From contig CBDEUK010000002.1 in assembly GCA_965243205.1 (NCBI GenBank), forward strand, positions 1,920,001 through 1,984,000: a stretch of 64,000 nt of DNA. Direction: 5' to 3'. Position numbers and translations under genes: made by a program. Positions 62,053 to 64,000 of the stretch are shown piece after piece. How positions within the stretch are numbered: position 1 is the first letter of the stretch; each line of letters opens with the position of its first letter. This DNA comes from Gammaproteobacteria bacterium (GTDB lineage: Bacteria; Pseudomonadota; Gammaproteobacteria; Eutrophobiales; Eutrophobiaceae). The notes under the pieces are model-generated. The model saw only the letters and a list, made by a program, of their open reading frames with translations. It searched no databases and was not told the origin of the DNA.

Positions 62053-62580
62053 ATGTCTAAGACTAGTCTTGAAAATAACTTAACAAAAGAACAACGACAG
62101 CAGGTTATCTTATTAACTGATGAAGCTATAGATTTTGCGACTAAGCAATTAAATCATCCTTTTCCAAAGGTTAATGTGAAGTTTGATTTGATTGGTAAAG
62201 CTGCGGGCATGTATGTTAATAAATATAATGAAAAAAACATTCGTTACAATCCATTTATTTTTGCTAAATATTTTTCTGAAAACATTGAATCAACAATTCC
62301 ACATGAAGTTGCTCATTATTTAGTAGATTGTGTTTATGGTATGAAAAATACCAAACCTCATGGCAAAGAATGGAAAGCGGTGATGAGAATGTTTAAAGCA
62401 GATGCCAGTGTTTATTGTAATTTTGATATATCAGATTTGCCACAGAGACAATATAAAACAATACAGTATCAATGTCGTTGTAGAATTCATGCTTTAACTA
62501 AGATACGTCATAATCGAATCAAGAAAGGTTATCGTTATCATTGTCGATTTTGTAAAACTTTATTGACTGAGATCGCATGA
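62053..62580 (+). CDS. SprT family zinc metalloprotease
   Basis: AAG, PHEVAH, PHGKEWK, CRC, CRFC. Confidence 0.9.
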   Translation: MSKTSLENNLTKEQRQQVILLTDEAIDFATKQLNHPFPKVNVKFDLIGKAAGMYVNKYNEKNIRYNPFIFAKYFSENIESTIPHEVAHYLVDCVYGMKNTKPHGKEWKAVMRMFKADASVYCNFDISDLPQRQYKTIQYQCRCRIHALTKIRHNRIKKGYRYHCRFCKTLLTEIA

Positions 62581-63644
62581 TTCAATTTTTTGTTAATCTA
62601 ATTATTTCTTTACTACTATTTATTCCATTCACAAATTGTTTGGCTAATGAACAATTAGAGAAGCTAAATATTATTGATTGGCATGCACATGTCGCCGGGT
62701 TGGGTTATGGCGATAGTGGTAATTTTATTAATAAAGACATGCGCAATAATTTTCGTTTTGGTTTTTTTATGAGATGGATGTTAGTTAGTGAAAAAGAGTT
62801 GAAACAACATGGTGATCAAATTGTTGTTAAACGATTAAGTGAAAAACTGGCAAAATCTAAATATGTTGATCAAGCTGTTGTTTTAGCATTGGATGGTGTT
62901 ATAGATGAAACAACAAAACAATTAGATAAATCTTTAACGCAACTTCATGTCAGTAATACATTTGTCGCAACTGAAACCAAAAAATATTCGAATTTATTAT
63001 TTGGGGCAAGTATTAATCCACGGCGTGAGGATGCTATAGAGTTACTTGAGAAAGTCGTAGCACAAGGAGCAGTATTGATAAAATGGATCCCTTCCATAAT
63101 GTATATTGATCCCAGTGATGAAGCATTCATACCGTTTTATAAAAAAATGGCTGAACTCAATATTCCTTTGTTATCTCATACCGGAATGGAGAAATCATTT
63201 GCTACAGCGAAAGATGAATTAGCAGATCCAAAACGATTAGAATTACCATTGAGTTTAGGAGTGACGGTAATTGCTGCACATATTGCTACAACTGGGGAAT
63301 CTGATGGGCAGGATAATTTCGAAAGAATATTGCCTATGTTTGATCAATACGAAAATTTATACACAGATATATCAAGCTTAACCCAGATTAATAAACTGGG
63401 TTATTTAGCAAAAGCGTTAAAACATCCTGGCCTACAAGACCATATGATCTACGGTACTGATTGGCCTTTGCAATATTTTCCAGTTGTTTCACCTTGGTAT
63501 CACATTAATCACGTCGGATTCAAACATGCTAGTAAATTAAACGGTGTTAAGAATCAATGGGATAGAGATCTTTTATTAAAACAAGCGTTTGGTATTTCTC
63601 AAAAAATTTTAACCAGGAAGATTGGCTTGTTAAACGATAGGTAA
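62577..63644 (+). CDS. Amidohydrolase family protein, probably exported
   Basis: Signal-like N-terminus; DWHAH, LSHTG, AAH, YGTDWP. Confidence 0.88.
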   Translation: MIQFFVNLIISLLLFIPFTNCLANEQLEKLNIIDWHAHVAGLGYGDSGNFINKDMRNNFRFGFFMRWMLVSEKELKQHGDQIVVKRLSEKLAKSKYVDQAVVLALDGVIDETTKQLDKSLTQLHVSNTFVATETKKYSNLLFGASINPRREDAIELLEKVVAQGAVLIKWIPSIMYIDPSDEAFIPFYKKMAELNIPLLSHTGMEKSFATAKDELADPKRLELPLSLGVTVIAAHIATTGESDGQDNFERILPMFDQYENLYTDISSLTQINKLGYLAKALKHPGLQDHMIYGTDWPLQYFPVVSPWYHINHVGFKHASKLNGVKNQWDRDLLLKQAFGISQKILTRKIGLLNDR

Positions 63645-63790
63645 TGCCAATCATTTTTAGAAAAGTTCCATAGCTTTTTCGAATCATAGCTATCAACAAT
63701 AACAATTAGAAAAATAATAGGAAAAGACTATAGTTATCTCCAATGATTTAGGTCATTTAATTTAACTTTTAATCTATAGGAGAAACTATT

Positions 63791-64000
63791 ATGAAAAACT
63801 CAATTAACAATGTTGTTGTAGCCAGTGCAGTTGCTTTATTCGCTGCGAATGTAAATGCAGATGATGTTCAGTCTGTTATTAATCAACAAGTAGATTCTAG
63901 CAACTCAGTTGTTCAATCTTCGATCAGTACGAATGAACCACGAGTTTCTATTCAAGACTATGTTGATGCTGCTAGAAGTGCAGATGCTTTTCAAGCATCG
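63791..64000 (+). CDS. Exported hypothetical protein (runs off the window end)
   Basis: AGGAG SD; MKNSINNVVVASAVALFAANVNA-DDVQ..., open to the end of the window. Confidence 0.7.
   Translation, partial: MKNSINNVVVASAVALFAANVNADDVQSVINQQVDSSNSVVQSSISTNEPRVSIQDYVDAARSADAFQAS

Overview
AT-rich gammaproteobacterial chromosome segment. It is mostly housekeeping genes: lpoA-rsmI-rnpB, mscS, nagZ, cysB, birA-coaX, ubiA-recG-ridA-spoT-rpoZ-gmk-yicC, rph-rdgB, lptGF-pepA-holC-valS, an RND pump and hemW. The main accessory element is a chromosomal integron between rdgB and lptG (33332-43375). It has an intact intI, an attI crossover at 34428/34429 and about 20 co-oriented cassette ORFs. The attC sites fall into two short families (58 and 63 bp). 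They are intact near attI and decay progressively toward the distal end, where small detoxification-type enzyme genes have lost their attCs. Other notable features are a Csd6/Pgp2-like plus M14 peptidoglycan-trimming cluster, a sigma-28-type promoter ahead of an orphan gene, a membrane-spanning VWA-FHA protein, two divergent genes starting back-to-back in CATATG, an unannotated 46-aa ORF abutting rnpB, and a PopZ-like gene before valS. All family assignments come from reading motifs by eye; no database search was run.
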